Source of the DNA: Nemertoderma westbladi
Taxonomy: Eukaryota > Animalia > Xenacoelomorpha
NCBI GenBank assembly: GCA_032718475.1
Contig: JAUCBJ010000321.1
Coordinates: forward strand, 30,994-94,993
Length of the DNA: 64,000 nt
Direction of reading: 5' to 3'
Position numbers and translations under genes: made by a program. Below the pieces are notes generated by a model. The model was not told where the DNA came from, made no database searches, and worked only from the letters and a program-made list of their open reading frames with translations. How positions within the stretch are numbered: position 1 is the stretch's first letter; each line of letters begins with the position of its first letter. Shown here piece by piece: positions 10,498-24,943 of the stretch.

Positions 10498-13400
10498 AAT
10501 TTGTCACTATCTCGCTGCAGAGGTTATGATGTTAATTTGCCACTATCTCGCTACAGGTAATCATGTTAATTTGCCACTATCTTGCTACAGATAATGATGT
10601 TAATTTGCCACTATCTCGCTACAGGTAATAATGTTAATTTGCCACTATCTCGCTGTGGGTAATGATGTTAATTTGCCACTATCTCGCTACAGGTAATGAT
10701 GTTAATTTGCCACTATCTCGCTACAGGTAATCATGTTAATTTGCCACTATCTCGCTACAGGTAATCATGTTAATTTGCCACTATCTTGCTACAGGTAATG
10801 ATGTTAATTTGCCACTATCTCGCTACAGGTAATAATGTTAATTTGCCACTATCTCGCTGTGGGTAATGATGTTAATTTGCCACTATCTCGCTACAGGTAA
10901 TGATGTTAATTTGCCACTATCTCGCTACAGGTAATCATGTTAATTTGCCACTATCTTGCTACAGGTAATCATGTTAATTTGCCACTATCTCGCTACAGGT
11001 AATAATGTTAATTTGCCACTATCTCGCTGTGGGTAATGATGTTAATTTGCCACTATCTCGCTACAGGTAATGATGTTAATTTGCCACTATCTCGCTACCG
11101 GTAATCATGTTAATTTGCCACTATCTCGCTACAGGTAATCATGTTAATTTGCCACTATCTGGGCTACAGGTAATCATGTTAATTTGCCACTATCTCGCTG
11201 TAGGTTATGATGTTAATTTGCCATATCTCGCTACAGGTAATCATGTCAATTTGCCACTATCTCGCTACAGGTAATCATGTTAATTTGCCACTATCTTGCT
11301 ACAGGTAATGATGTTAATTTGACACTATCTCGCTGTGGGTAATGATGTTAATTTGCCACTATCCCGCTACAGTTTATGATGTTTATTTGCCACTATCTTG
11401 CTATTATCTTGCTACGGGTAATGATGTTAATTTTCCACTATCTTGCTACAGGTAATGATGTTAATTTGCCACTATCCCGCTACAGGTTATGATGTTAATT
11501 TGCCACTATCTCGCTGTAGGTAATGATGTTAATTTGCCACTATCTCGCTACAGGTTATGATGTTAATTTGCCACTATCTGGGATACAGGTAATGATGTTA
11601 ATTTGCCACTATCTGGGCTACAGGTAATCAGGTTAATTTGCCACTATCTCGCTACAGGTAATCAGGTTAATTTGCCACTATCTCGCTGTAGGTAATGATG
11701 TTAATTTGCCACTATCTCGCTACAGGTAATCATGTTAATTTGCCACTATCTTGCTATTATCTTGCTACGGGTAATGATGTTAATTTGCCACTATCTTGCT
11801 ACAGGTAATGATGTTAATTTGCCACTATCTCGCTACTGGTAATGATGTTAATTTGCCACCATATCTCTACAGGTTATGATGTTAATTTGCCACTATCCTG
11901 CTACAGGTTATGATGTTAATTTGCCACTATCTTGCTACGGGTAATGATGTTAATTTGCCACTATCTTGCTACAGGTAATGATGTTAATTTGCCACTATCT
12001 CGCTACAGGTAATCATGTTAATTTGCCACCATCTCTCTACAGGTTATGATATTAATTTGCCACTATCTCGCTACAAGTAATAATGATGTTAATTTGCCAC
12101 TATCTCGCTACAGGTAATGATGTTAATTTGCCATTATCTTATTACAGTTTATGATGTTAATTTGCCACTATCTCGCTACAGGTAATAATGATGTTAATTT
12201 GCCACTATCTCGCTACAGGTAATAATGATGTTAATTTGCCACTATCCCACTACAGGTTATGATGTTAATTTGCCACTATCCCGCTACAGGTTATGATGTT
12301 AATTTGTCATTATCTTGCTACAGGTTATGATGTTAATTTGCCACTATCTGGGCTACTGGTAATCATGTTAATTTGCCACTATCTCGCTGTAGGTAATGAT
12401 GTTAATTTGCCACCATCTCTCTACAGGTTATGATGTTAATTTGCCACTATCTCGCTGTAGGTAATGATGTTAATTTGCCACTATCTCGCTACAGGTTATG
12501 ATGTTAATTTGCCACTATCCCGCTACAGGTTATGATGTTAATTTGCCACTATTCCGCTACTGGTTTTGATGTTAATTTGCCACTATCCCGCTACAGGTAA
12601 TAATGATGTTAATTTGCCACTATCTCGCTGTAGGTAATGATGTTAATTTGCCACTATCTCGCTGTAGGTAATGATGTTAATTTGCCACTATCCGCTACAG
12701 GTTATGATGTTAATTTGCCACTATCCCGCTACAGGTTTTGATGTTAATTTGCCTCTATCCCGCTACAGGTAATAATGATGTTAATTTGCCACTATCTTGC
12801 TACAGGTAATGATGTTAATTTGCCACTATCTCGCTACAGGTTATGATGTTAATTTGCCTCTATCCCGCTACAGGTTTTGATGTTAATTTGCCTCTATCCC
12901 GCTACAGGTTTTGATGTTAATTTGCCACTATCCCGCTACAGGTTTTGATGTTAATTTGCCTCTATCCCGCTACAGGTAATAATGATGTTAATTTGCCACT
13001 ATCTTGCTACAGGTAATGATGTTAATTTGCCACTATCCCGCTACAGGATATGATGTTAATTTGCCACTATCCCGCTACAGGTTATGATGTTAATTTGCCA
13101 CTATCCCGCTACAGGTTATGATGTTAATTTGCCACTATCCCGCTACTGGTTTTGATGTTAATTTGCCACTATCCCGCTACAGGTAATAATGATGTTAATT
13201 TGCCACTATCTCGCTGTAGGTAATGATGTTAATTTGCCACTATCTCGCTGTAGGTAATCATGTTAATTTGTCACTATCCCGCTACAGGTTATGATGTTAA
13301 TTTGCCACTATCTCGCTGTAGGTAATGATGTTAATTTGCCACTATCTCGCTGCAGGTAATGATGTTAATTTGCCACTATCCCGCTACAGGTTATGATGTT

Positions 13401-15788
13401 AATTTGCCACTATCCCGCTACAGGTTATGATGTTAATTTGCCACTATCCCGCTACAGGTTTTGATGTTAATTTGCCACTATCCCGCTACAGGTAATAATG
13501 ATGTTAATTTGCCACTATCCCGCTACATGTTATGATGTTAATTTGCCACTATCCCGCTACAGGTTTTGATGTTAATTTGCCACTATCCCGCTACAGGTTA
13601 TAATGATGTTAATTTGCCACTATCCCGCTACAGGTTATGATGTTAATTTGCCACTATCCCGCTACAGGTTTTGATGTTAATTTGCCACTATCCCGCTACA
13701 GGTAATAATGATGTTAATTTGCCACTATCTCGCTGTAGGTAATGATGTTAATTTGCCACTATCTCGCTGTAGGTAATGATGTTAATTTGCCACTATCTCG
13801 CTGTAGGTAATGATGTTAATTTGCCACTATCTCGCTACAGGTTATGATGTTAATTTGCCACTATCCCGCTACAGGTTATGATGTTAATTTGCCACTATCC
13901 CGCTACTGGTTTTGATGTTAATTTGCCACTATCCCGCTACAGGTTATGATGTTAATTTGCCACTATCCCGCTACAGGTTTTGATGTTAATTTGCCACTAT
14001 CCCGCTACAGGTAGTAATGATGTTAATTTGCCACTATCCCGCTACAGGTAATAATGATGTTAATTTGCCACTATCTCGCTGTAGGTAATGATGTTAATTT
14101 GCCACTATCTCGCTGTAGGTACTGATGTTAATTTGCCACTATCCCGCTACAGGTTATGATGTTAATTTGCCACTATCCCGCTACAGGTTTTGATGTTAAT
14201 TTGCCACTATCCCGCTACAGGTAGTAATGATGTTAATTTGCCACTATCTTGCTACAGGTAATGATGTTAATTTGCCACTATCCCGCTACAGGTTATGATG
14301 TTAATTTGTCACTATCCCGCTACAGGTTATGATGTTAATTTGCCACTATCTCGCTGTAGGTAATGATGTTAATTTGCCACTATCTCGCTGCAGGTAATGA
14401 TGTTAATTTGCCACTATCCCGCTACAGGTTATGATGTTAATTTGCCACTATCCCGCTACAGGTAATAATGATGTTAATTTGCCACTATCCCGCTACATGT
14501 TATGATGTTAATTTGCCACTATCCCGCTACAGGTTTTGATGTTAATTTGCCACTATCCCGCTACAGGTTTTGATGTTAATTTGCCACTATCCCGCTACAG
14601 GTAATAATGATGTTAATTTGCCACTATCTTGCTACAGGTAATGATGTTAATTTGCCACTATCCCGCTACAGGTTATGATGTTAATTTGTCACTATCCCGC
14701 TACAGGTTATGATGTTAATTTGCCACTATCTCGCTGTAGGTAATGATGTTAATTTGCCACTATCTCGCTGCAGGTAATGATGTTAATTTGCCACTCTCCC
14801 GCTACAGGTTATTATGTTAATTTGCCACTATCCCGCTACAGGTTATGATGTTAATTTGCCATTATCCCGCTACAGGTTATGATGTTAATTTGCCACTATC
14901 CCGCTACAGGTTATGATGTTAATTTGCCACTATCCCGCTACAGGTAATCATGTTAATTTGCCACTATCTCGCTGCAGGTAATCATGTTAATTTGCCATTA
15001 TCTTGCTACAGGTTATGATGTTAATTTGCCACTATCTCGCTGTAGGTAATGATGTTAATTTGCCACTATCCCGCTACAGGTAATCATGTTAATTTGCCAT
15101 CATTTCTCTACAGGTTATGATGTTAATTTGACACTATCTCGCTGTAGGTAATGATGTTAATTTGCCACTATCTCGCTACAGGTTATGATGTTAATTTGCC
15201 ACTATCTTGCTACAGGTGATCATGTTAATTTGCCACTATCTCGCTACAGGTAATGATGTTAATTTGCCACTATCTCGCTGCAGGTAATCATGTTAATTTG
15301 CCATTATCTTGCTACAGGTTATGATGTTAATTTGCCACTATCTCGCTGTAGGTAATGATGTTAATTTGCCACTATCCCGCTACAGGTAATCATGTTAATT
15401 TGCCATCATTTCTCTACAGGTTATGATGTTAATTTGCCACTATCTCGCTGAAGGTAATGATGTTAATTTGACACTATCCCGCTACAGGTTATGATGTTAA
15501 TTTGCCACTATCTCGCTGTAGGTAATGATGTTAATTTGCCACTATCCCGCTACAGGTAATCATGTTAATTTGCCATCATTTCTCTACAGGTTATGATGTT
15601 AATTTGCCACTATCTCGTTGTAGGTAATGATGTTAATTTGACACTATCCCGCTACAGGTTATCATGTTAATTTGCCACTATCTCTCTACAGGTTATGATG
15701 TTAATTTGCCACTATCTCTCTACAGGTTATGATGTTAATTTGCCACTATCTTGCTACAGGTTATGATGTTAATTTGCCATTGTCTCGC
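10498..15788 (+). repeat. 34-bp minisatellite (~155 copies) built from the ZMYND12 intron 2 / exon 3 junction
   Basis: Unit gt(t/a)at(g/c)atgttaatttgccactatc(t/c)cgctacag. The last partial copy is the start of exon 3 (gttatgatgttaatttgccattgtctcgc). Confidence 0.97.
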
Positions 15789-15987
15789 GATGCTACGGAA
15801 CATCCAGAGAATCGACGTAGAATCCTTGGCTTTCGCTCGAGAGGCTCGTGGATACGCTGAGACGATAACCGGTAACCAAGGGAGACGATTGGTTACAGAT
15901 GTTATTGAGTTTGCCAGCATGTTGGAGCCCTACAAGCCGCCAACGCCAATCGCTGGGGATGAGACAGATGTTATAGGCGCCGCCTAG
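15760..15987 (+). CDS. ZMYND12: ZMYND12 exon 3 (terminal)
   Basis: CAG|GTTATG at 15759/15760, phase 0, matches the exon 2 donor phase. Encodes VMMLICHCLAMLRNIQ...SLAFAREARGYAE..., which fits the expected C-terminal helices. TAG at 15985-15987 is followed by AT-rich UTR-like sequence. Confidence 0.78.
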   Translation, partial: VMMLICHCLAMLRNIQRIDVESLAFAREARGYAETITGNQGRRLVTDVIEFASMLEPYKPPTPIAGDETDVIGAA

Positions 15988-16260
15988 AGAACAGATCAGA
16001 AAGTTAATAAACCATATTTTTATCGCAAAAAAACATAATTTGATTTAAAATATCAATTATCATTGTAAATATTTGTATATATTGTAGAATGTTTATAACA
16101 TTGTAATTGTATTATATATTGTATAAATTGTTTATAATATTATAATTGTATATATTGAAATATATTTATTGTAATTATTTAACGAACCATCACCAAATTA
16201 ATATTTAACTTTTAAATTTATTGACATTATTTTAATTACTTTTGTTTCGCATTGCTTGTT

Positions 16261-18651
16261 ATATTAGGTGTATCGTATACCTCCGATATAAAAAAACATT
16301 GGCGCTATAATATTAGGTGTATCGTATATATACCTCCGATATAAAAAAACATTGGCGCTATAATATTAGGTGTATCGTATAACTCCAATATAAAAAAACA
16401 TTGGCGCTATAATATTAGGTGTATCGTATACCTCCGATATAAAAAAACATTGGCGCTATAATATTAGGTGTATCGTATACCTCCGATATAAAAAAACATT
16501 GGCGCTATAATATTAGGTGTATCGTATACCTCCGATATAAAAAAACATTGGCGCTATAATATTAGGTGTATCGTATACCTCCGATATAAAAAAACATTGG
16601 CGCTATAATATTAGGTGTATCGTATACCTCCGATATAAAAAAAACATTGGCGCTATAATATTAGGTGTATCGTATACCTCCGATATAAAAAAAACATTGG
16701 CGCTATAATATTAGGTGTATCGTATACCTCCGATATAAAAAAAACATTGGCGCTATAATATTAGGTGTATCGTATACCTCCGATATAAAAAAAAACATTG
16801 GCGCTATAATATTAGGTGTATCGTATACCTCCGATATAAAAAAACATTGGCGCTATAATATTAGGTGTATCGTATACCTCCGATATAAAAAAAACATTGG
16901 CGCTATAATATTAGGTGTATCGTATACCTCCGATATAAAAAAAAACATTGGCGCTATAATATTAGGTGTATCGTATACCTCCGATATAAAAAAACATTGG
17001 CGCTATAATATTAGGTGTATCGTATACCTCCGATATAAAAAAAACATTGGCGCTATAATATTAGGTGTATCGTATACCTCCGATATAAAAAAACATTGGC
17101 GCTATAATATTAGGTGTATCGTATAACTCCGATATAAAAAAAACATTGGCGCTTTAAAATTAGGTGTATCGTATACCTCCCATATAAAAAAACCATTGGC
17201 GCTATAATATTGGGTGTATCGTATACCTCCGATATAAAAAAAAACATTGGCGCTATAATATTAGGTGTATCGTATACCTCCGATATAAAAAAACATTGGC
17301 GCTATAATATTAGGTGTATCGTATACCTCCGATATAAAAAAAACATTGGCGCTATAATATTAGGTGTATCGTATACCTCCGATATAAAAAAACATTGGCG
17401 CTATAATATTAGGTGTATCGTATACCTCCGATATAAAAAAAACATTGGCGCTATAATATTAGGTGTATCATATACCTCCGATATAAAAAAAACATTGGCG
17501 CTATAATATTAGGTGTATCGTATACCTCCGATATAAAAAAAACATTGGCGCTATAATATTAGGTGTATCGTATAACTCCAATATAAAAAAAACATTGGCG
17601 CTATAATATTAGGTGTATCGTATACCTCCGATATAAAAAAACATTGGCGCTATAATATTAGGTGTATCGTATACCTCCGATATAAAAAAACATTGGCGCT
17701 ATAATATTAGGTGTATCGTATAACTCCGATATAAAAAAAACATTGGCGCTATAATATTAGGTGTATCGTATAACTCCGATATAAAAAAAACATTGGCGCT
17801 ATAATATTAGGTGTATCGTATACCTCTGATATAAAAAAACATTGGCGCTATAATATTAGGTGTATCGTATACCTCCGATATAAAAAAACATTGGCGCTAT
17901 AATATTAGGTGTATCGTATACCTCCGATATAAAAAAAACATTGGCGCTATAATATTAGGTGTATCGTATACCTCCGATATAAAAAAACATTGGCGCTATA
18001 ATATTAGGTGTATCGTATACCTCCGATATAAAAAAACATTGGCGCTATAATATTAGGTGTATCGTATACCTCCGATATAAAAAAAACATTGGCGCTATAA
18101 TATTAGGTGTATCATATACCTCCGATATAAAAAAACATTGGCGCTATAATATTAGGTGTATCATATACCTCCGATATAAAAAAACATTGGTGCTATAATA
18201 TTAGGTGTATCGTATACCTCCGATATAAAAAAAAACATTGGCGCTATAATATTAGGTGTATCGTATACCTCCGATATAAAAAAACATTGGTGCTATAATA
18301 TTAGGTGTATCGTATACCTCCGATATAAAAAAACATTGGCGCTATAATATTAGGTGTATCGTATACCTCCGATATAAAAAAACATTGGCGCTATAATATT
18401 AGGTGTATCGTATACCTCCGATATAAAAAAAACATTGGCGCTATAATATTAGGTGTATCATATACCTCCGATATAAAAAAACATTGGCGCTATAATATTA
18501 GGTGTATCATATACCTCCGATATAAAAAAACATTGGTGCTATAATATTAGGTGTATCGTATACCTCCGATATAAAAAAAAACATTGGCGCTATAATATTA
18601 GGTGTATCGTATACCTCCGATATAAAAAAAACATTGGCGCTATAATATTAG
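16261..18651. repeat. 49-51-bp minisatellite (~48 copies)
   Basis: Unit atattaggtgtatcgtatacctccgatat(a)7-9cattggcgctata. Length varies mostly in the A-run. Confidence 0.97.
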
Positions 18652-18654
18652 TAA

Positions 18655-19030
18655 GGGGCCGTCCAAGTATGACGTCAGCACTTTAGGGGGGGGGGGGGTT
18701 GGGAAAATCTGATGACGCGCTGATGATGGGAGGGGAGGGGGTCAGCCAAAATCTGACGTCAGTATGTTCATTTATAGGTGCTAGAATAGATATAGCAGAA
18801 GAGTAATTAGCTTGCCTATTTTAATTGTTCGAAGCCCCCGAAGGCCCGTAGCCGACCTTCTGTTTCAGTTACCAGTCACCATGTTTCAGTGATTAGGACG
18901 CGAAAATTTATTTAATCTGATTTAGGGGAGGGGGGGGGGGGGTCAATGCCTATCTGATGACATCTGATTTAGGGGAGGGAGGGGGTCAACATTTTGGGGA
19001 AAAGTGCAGACGCCATACTTGGACGGCCCC
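18655..19030. mobile_element. PIF/Harbinger-type MITE
   Basis: ~29-bp terminal inverted repeats (TIRs) ggggccgtccaagtatgacgtcagcactt / aagtgcagacgccatacttggacggcccc, flanked by TAA at 18652-18654 and 19031-19033 (3-bp TWA TSD). Confidence 0.85.
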
Positions 19031-19419
19031 TAAAGTATCAACCAACCTGCTCCTTCCCCTTATATGGTGGGGTGGTCATTGGCTTTTGAAATTTTCCTAT
19101 TCATTTAGAGGAAATTTTTATAAAAATTCCAAATTTTAAAACCGTTTATCAAGATCTGTACCCGTATGCTAAGCTCGCTGACTTTCGTGGCTCGTCCCAC
19201 AACCATCCAGTTGTTTTCCATTTTCACACCATTGTTTATTATCCAATTTTCTGGTAAAGAAAATATAACCTTTCTAATCAATGTCATTTTTAATTCATTT
19301 TCCATATTGAAATCCACAGAATATTAATTTATAAAATCTATGGACAAAAAGGGAAATTTATACACTTACACAAAGGTGCTTAGTTTAAAGAAAGGTTGGG
19401 CATAAATGACAGGCAGAAA

Positions 19420-19991
19420 GACTGCGTAAGAGCCAAAACGGATTTCGACCAAGTAGATCAACAATAGCTCAGATACTTGCACTACGGAGATTGATTGAAG
19501 GAATTAAGTCAAAGAATCTCCCCGCAGTCATGACTTTTGTGGACTTCAAGAAGGCATTCGACTCCATCCATAGAGGTAAAATGCTTGAAATCCTAAGAGC
19601 TTATGGAATACCAGAAGTAATTGTTGCTGGCATTGGATTGTTATATTGTGACACAGAAGCGCAGGTACTCTCACCAGATGGTGAAACTGAGTTTTTCTCA
19701 ATCCTGGCTGGCGTACTGCAAGGTGACACATTAGCACCATTACTATTTGTAATTGTGCTGGATTATGCAATGAGGACGGCCACAAAGGGTGAAGATCTGG
19801 GATTCACACTTCAAGAACGCAGAAGTAGTAGGAAAGCGTAGTCGTGGACGACCTGCCATAACATATATAGTCAACTTGAAAGGGATACTGAACTTGGGAG
19901 AAACGAAATTGCGACAACTATGGAGAGTCGGGAAGCCTGGAAGGATCTCATTTCCACTGTCCGAGTTCGCTCGACCTAGTAGTAGTAGTAG
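19420..19991 (+). mobile_element. RTE-clade LINE fragment (second family): RT portion joined to the 3' end
   Basis: QNGFRP, FVDFKKAFDSIHRGKM and GVLQGDTLAPLLF, then a jump to RSRGRPAITY (RTE C-terminus) and a (TAG)n tail at ~19977-19991. Confidence 0.8.
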
Positions 19992-20145
19992 GGCATAGAG
20001 ATTTGGGGGACCCTTAAACAGAAAAATTTACAGAAACATTGCTGATTTTTTATACTCCATTTTCTGGTAAAAAGAAACATTACCTTTTAAATCAACGGCA
20101 TTTTATATTAGTTACCATATTGAAATCCATGGAATATTAAGTTAA

Positions 20146-23100
20146 CATTGCTGCCACTTACACCAAGGTATTTAGAGATACATTGCCGCCACTTACACTA
20201 AGGAAGGTATTTAGAGATACATTGCTGCCACTTACACCAAGGTATTTAGAGATACATTGCTGTCACTTACACTAAGGTATTTAGAGATACATTGCTGTCA
20301 CTTACACTAAGGTATTTAGAGATACATTGCTGCCACTTACACAAAGGTATTTAGAGATACATTGCTGCCACTTACACCAAGGTATTTAGAGATACATTGC
20401 TGTCACTTACACTAAGGTATTTAGAGATACATTGCTGCCACTTGCACAAAGGTATTTAGAGATACATTGCCGCCACTTACACTAAGGTATTTAGAGATAC
20501 ATTGCTGCCACTTACACTAAGGTATTTAGAGATACATTGCTGTCACTTACACTAAGGTATTTACAGATATATTGCTGCCACTTACACTAAGGTATTTAGA
20601 GATACATTGCTGCCACTTACACAAAGGTATTTAGAGATACATTGCTGCCACTTACACTAAGGTATTTAGAGATACATTGCTGCCACTTACACTAAGGTAT
20701 TTACAGATATATTGCTGCCACTTGCACAAAGGTATTTAGAGATACATTGCCGCCACTTACACAAAGGTATTTAGAGATACATTGCTGTCACTTACACTAA
20801 GGTATTTAGAGATACATTGCTGTCACTTACACTAAGGTATTTAGATATACATTGCTGCCACTTGCACAAAGGTATTTAGAGATACATTGCCGCCACTTAC
20901 ACTAAGGTATTTAGAGATACATTGCTGCCACTTACACTAAGGTATTTAGAGATACATTGCTGCCACTTGCACAAAGGTATTTAGAGATACATTGCCGCCA
21001 CTTACACTAAGGTATTTAGAGATACATTGCTGCCACTTACACTAAGGTATTTAGAGATACATTGCTGTCACTTACACTAAGGTATTTACAGATATATTGC
21101 TGCCACTTACACTAAGGTATTTAGAGATACATTGCTGCCACTTACACAAAGGTATTTAGAGATACATTGCTGCCACTTACACTAAGGTATTTAGAGATAC
21201 ATTGCTGCCACTTACACTAAGGTATTTAGAGATACATTGCTGTCACTTACACTAAGGTATTTACAGATATATTGCTGCCACTTACACTAAGGTATTTAGA
21301 GATACATTGCTGCCACTTACACAAAGGTATTTAGAGATACATTGCTGCCACTTACACTAAGGTATTTAGAGATACATTGCTGTCACTTACACTAAGGTAT
21401 TTACAGATATATTGCTGCCACTTACACTAAGGTATTTAGAGATACATTGCTGCCACTTACACAAAGGTATTTAGAGATACATTGCTGCCACTTACACCAA
21501 GGTATTTAGAGATACATTGCTGTCACTTACACTAAGGTATTTAGAGATACATTGCTGTCACTTACACTAAGGTATTTAGAGATACATTGCTGCCACTTAC
21601 ACAAAGGTATTTAGAGATACATTGCTGCCACTTACACCAAGGTATTTAGAGATACATTGCTGTCACTTACACTAAGGTATTTAGAGATACATTGCTGCCA
21701 CTTGCACAAAGGTATTTAGAGATACATTGCCGCCACTTACACTAAGGTATTTAGAGATACATTGCTGCCACTTACACTAAGGTATTTAGAGATACATTGC
21801 TGTCACTTACACTAAGGTATTTACAGATATATTGCTGCCACTTACACTAAGGTATTTAGAGATACATTGCTGCCACTTACACAAAGGTATTTAGAGATAC
21901 ATTGCTGCCACTTACACTAAGGTATTTAGAGATACATTGCTGCCACTTACACTAAGGTATTTAGAGATACATTGCTGTCACTTACACTAAGGTATTTAGA
22001 GATACATTGCTGCCACTTACACAAAGGTATTTAGAGATACATTGCTGCCACTTACACCAAGGTATTTAGAGATACATTGCTGTCACTTACACTAAGGTAT
22101 TTAGAGATACATTGCTGCCACTTGCACAAAGGTATTTAGAGATACATTGCCGCCACTTACACTAAGGTATTTAGAGATACATTGCTGCCACTTACACTAA
22201 GGTATTTAGAGATACATTGCTGTCACTTACACTAAGGTATTTACAGATATATTGCTGCCACTTACACTAAGGTATTTAGAGATACATTGCTGCCACTTAC
22301 ACAAAGGTATTTAGAGATACATTGCTGCCACTTACACTAAGGTATTTAGAGATACATTGCTGCCACTTACACTAAGGTATTTACAGATATATTGCTGCCA
22401 CTTGCACAAAGGTATTTAGAGATACATTGCCGCCACTTACACAAAGGTATTTAGAGATACATTGCTGTCACTTACACTAAGGTATTTAGAGATACATTGC
22501 TGTCACTTACACTAAGGTATTTAGAGATACATTGCTGCCACTTGCACAAAGGTATTTAGAGATACATTGCCGCCACTTACACTAAGGTATTTAGAGATAC
22601 ATTGCTGCCACTTACACAAAGGTATTTAGAGATACATTGCCGCCACTTACACTAAGGTATTTAGAGATACATTGCTGCCACTTACACTAAGGTATTTAGA
22701 GATACATTGCTGTCACTTACACTAAGGTATTTACAGATATATTGCTGCCACTTACACTAAGGTATTTAGAGATACATTGCTGCCACTTACACAAAGGTAT
22801 TTAGAGATACATTGCTGCCACTTACACTAAGGTATTTAGAGATACATTGCTGCCACTTACACTAAGGTATTTAGAGATACATTGCTGTCACTTACACTAA
22901 GGTATTTACAGATATATTGCTGCCACTTACACTAAGGTATTTAGAGATACATTGCTGCCACTTACACAAAGGTATTTAGAGATACATTGCTGCCACTTAC
23001 ACTAAGGTATTTAGAGATACATTGCTGTCACTTACACTAAGGTATTTACAGATATATTGCTGCCACTTACACTAAGGTATTTAGAGATACATTGCTGCCA

Positions 23101-24243
23101 CTTACACAAAGGTATTTAGAGATACATTGCTGCCACTTACACCAAGGTATTTAGAGATACATTGCTGTCACTCACACTAAGGTATTTAGAGATACATTGC
23201 TGTCACTTACACTAAGGTATTTAGAGATACATTGCTGCCACTTACACAAAGGTATTTAGAGATACATTGCTGCCACTTACACCAAGGTATTTAGAGATAC
23301 ATTGCTGTCACTTACACTAAGGTATTTAGAGATACATTGCTGCCACTTGCACAAAGGTATTTAGAGATACATTGCCGCCACTTACACTAAGGTATTTAGA
23401 GATACATTGCTGCCACTTACACTAAGGTATTTAGAGATACATTGCTGTCACTTACACTAAGGTATTTACAGATATATTGCTGCCACTTACACTAAGGTAT
23501 TTAGAGATACATTGCTGCCACTTACACAAAGGTATTTAGAGATACATTGCTGCCACTTACACTAAGGTATTTAGAGATACATTGCTGCCACTTACACTAA
23601 GGTATTTAGAGATACATTGCTGTCACTTACACTAAGGTATTTACAGATATATTGCTGCCACTTACACTAAGGTATTTAGAGATACATTGCTGCCACTTAC
23701 ACAAAGGTATTTAGAGATACATTGCTGCCACTTACACTAAGGTATTTAGAGATACATTGCTGCCACTTACACTAAGGTATTTACAGATATATTGCTGCCA
23801 CTTACACTAAGGTATTTAGAGATACATTGCTGCCACTTACACAAAGGTATTTAGAGATACATTGCTGCCACTTACACTAAGGTATTTAGAGATACATTGC
23901 TGCCACTTACACTATAAGGTATTTATAGATACATTGCTGCCACTTACACTAAGGTATTTAGAGATACATTGCTGCCACTTACACAAAGGTATTTAGAGAT
24001 ACATTGCTGCCACTTACACTAAGGTATTTAGAGATACATTGCTGCCACTTACACTAAGGTATTTAGAGATACATTGCTGCCACTTACACTAAGGTATTTA
24101 CAGATACATTGCTGCCACTTGCACAAAGGTATTTAGAGATACATTGCCGCCACTTACACAAAGGTATTTAGAGATACATTGCTGTCACTTACACTAAGGT
24201 ATTTAGAGATACATTGCTGTCACTTACACTAAGGTATTTAGAA
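20146..24243. repeat. 35-bp minisatellite (~117 copies) with higher-order patterning
   Basis: Unit attgctgccacttacactaaggtatttagagatac, with recurring ordered variants (tgtca, caaa, ccaa, cagatat). Confidence 0.97.
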
Positions 24244-24943
24244 ATATATTACATACAATATGGACTTTAGCGATACAGCAATAAAAATGGATTGATCTGG
24301 TTGGATGATAAACTTCATATTAATCAATTATACAATAAAGATGTTGAAACTCGGTAATAACTGTAGAAAGTATAATGTAACAAAGATCCTTGGAGATAAA
24401 ATCCTCATAACCTGACGACCTAATATTAATTAATTTCGAAAAACTTCGAAACACTCTACATAAAATTATATTAAATACAACAAATTAATAACATTCGAAG
24501 TAATGGTTGGATATAATACAACTAATTAAGTAACTATAAACAAAAAAAAATATAAATACAAATAAGTAATGAACATTAATCATATCAATACATTTTATAG
24601 GTTAATATATAACAGATTTATAGAGAAAATATTAAATTAAAAGGAAAACTCGATTCGGAATATAAATAATTATTACAGGGACACCATGGTACCATGGAAA
24701 CCCTGATGGACACACCAGCAACGGGATAAATGATATTCTAATTAAAATGTATCTAAACAATGATTGTTGAACAATAATTAATTAAAGAAACTAACCTTAG
24801 TCAAATATATGAATTACTTGGAAAAAAATAACACAAAACTATAAATAATTGTTGACGATTAAGAATCTGTTGAATTTATTGGGGTAAATTAGAAAACATT
24901 TAAACTGAAAATATTTAAACAATTGGAACATTTTATAATAAAT

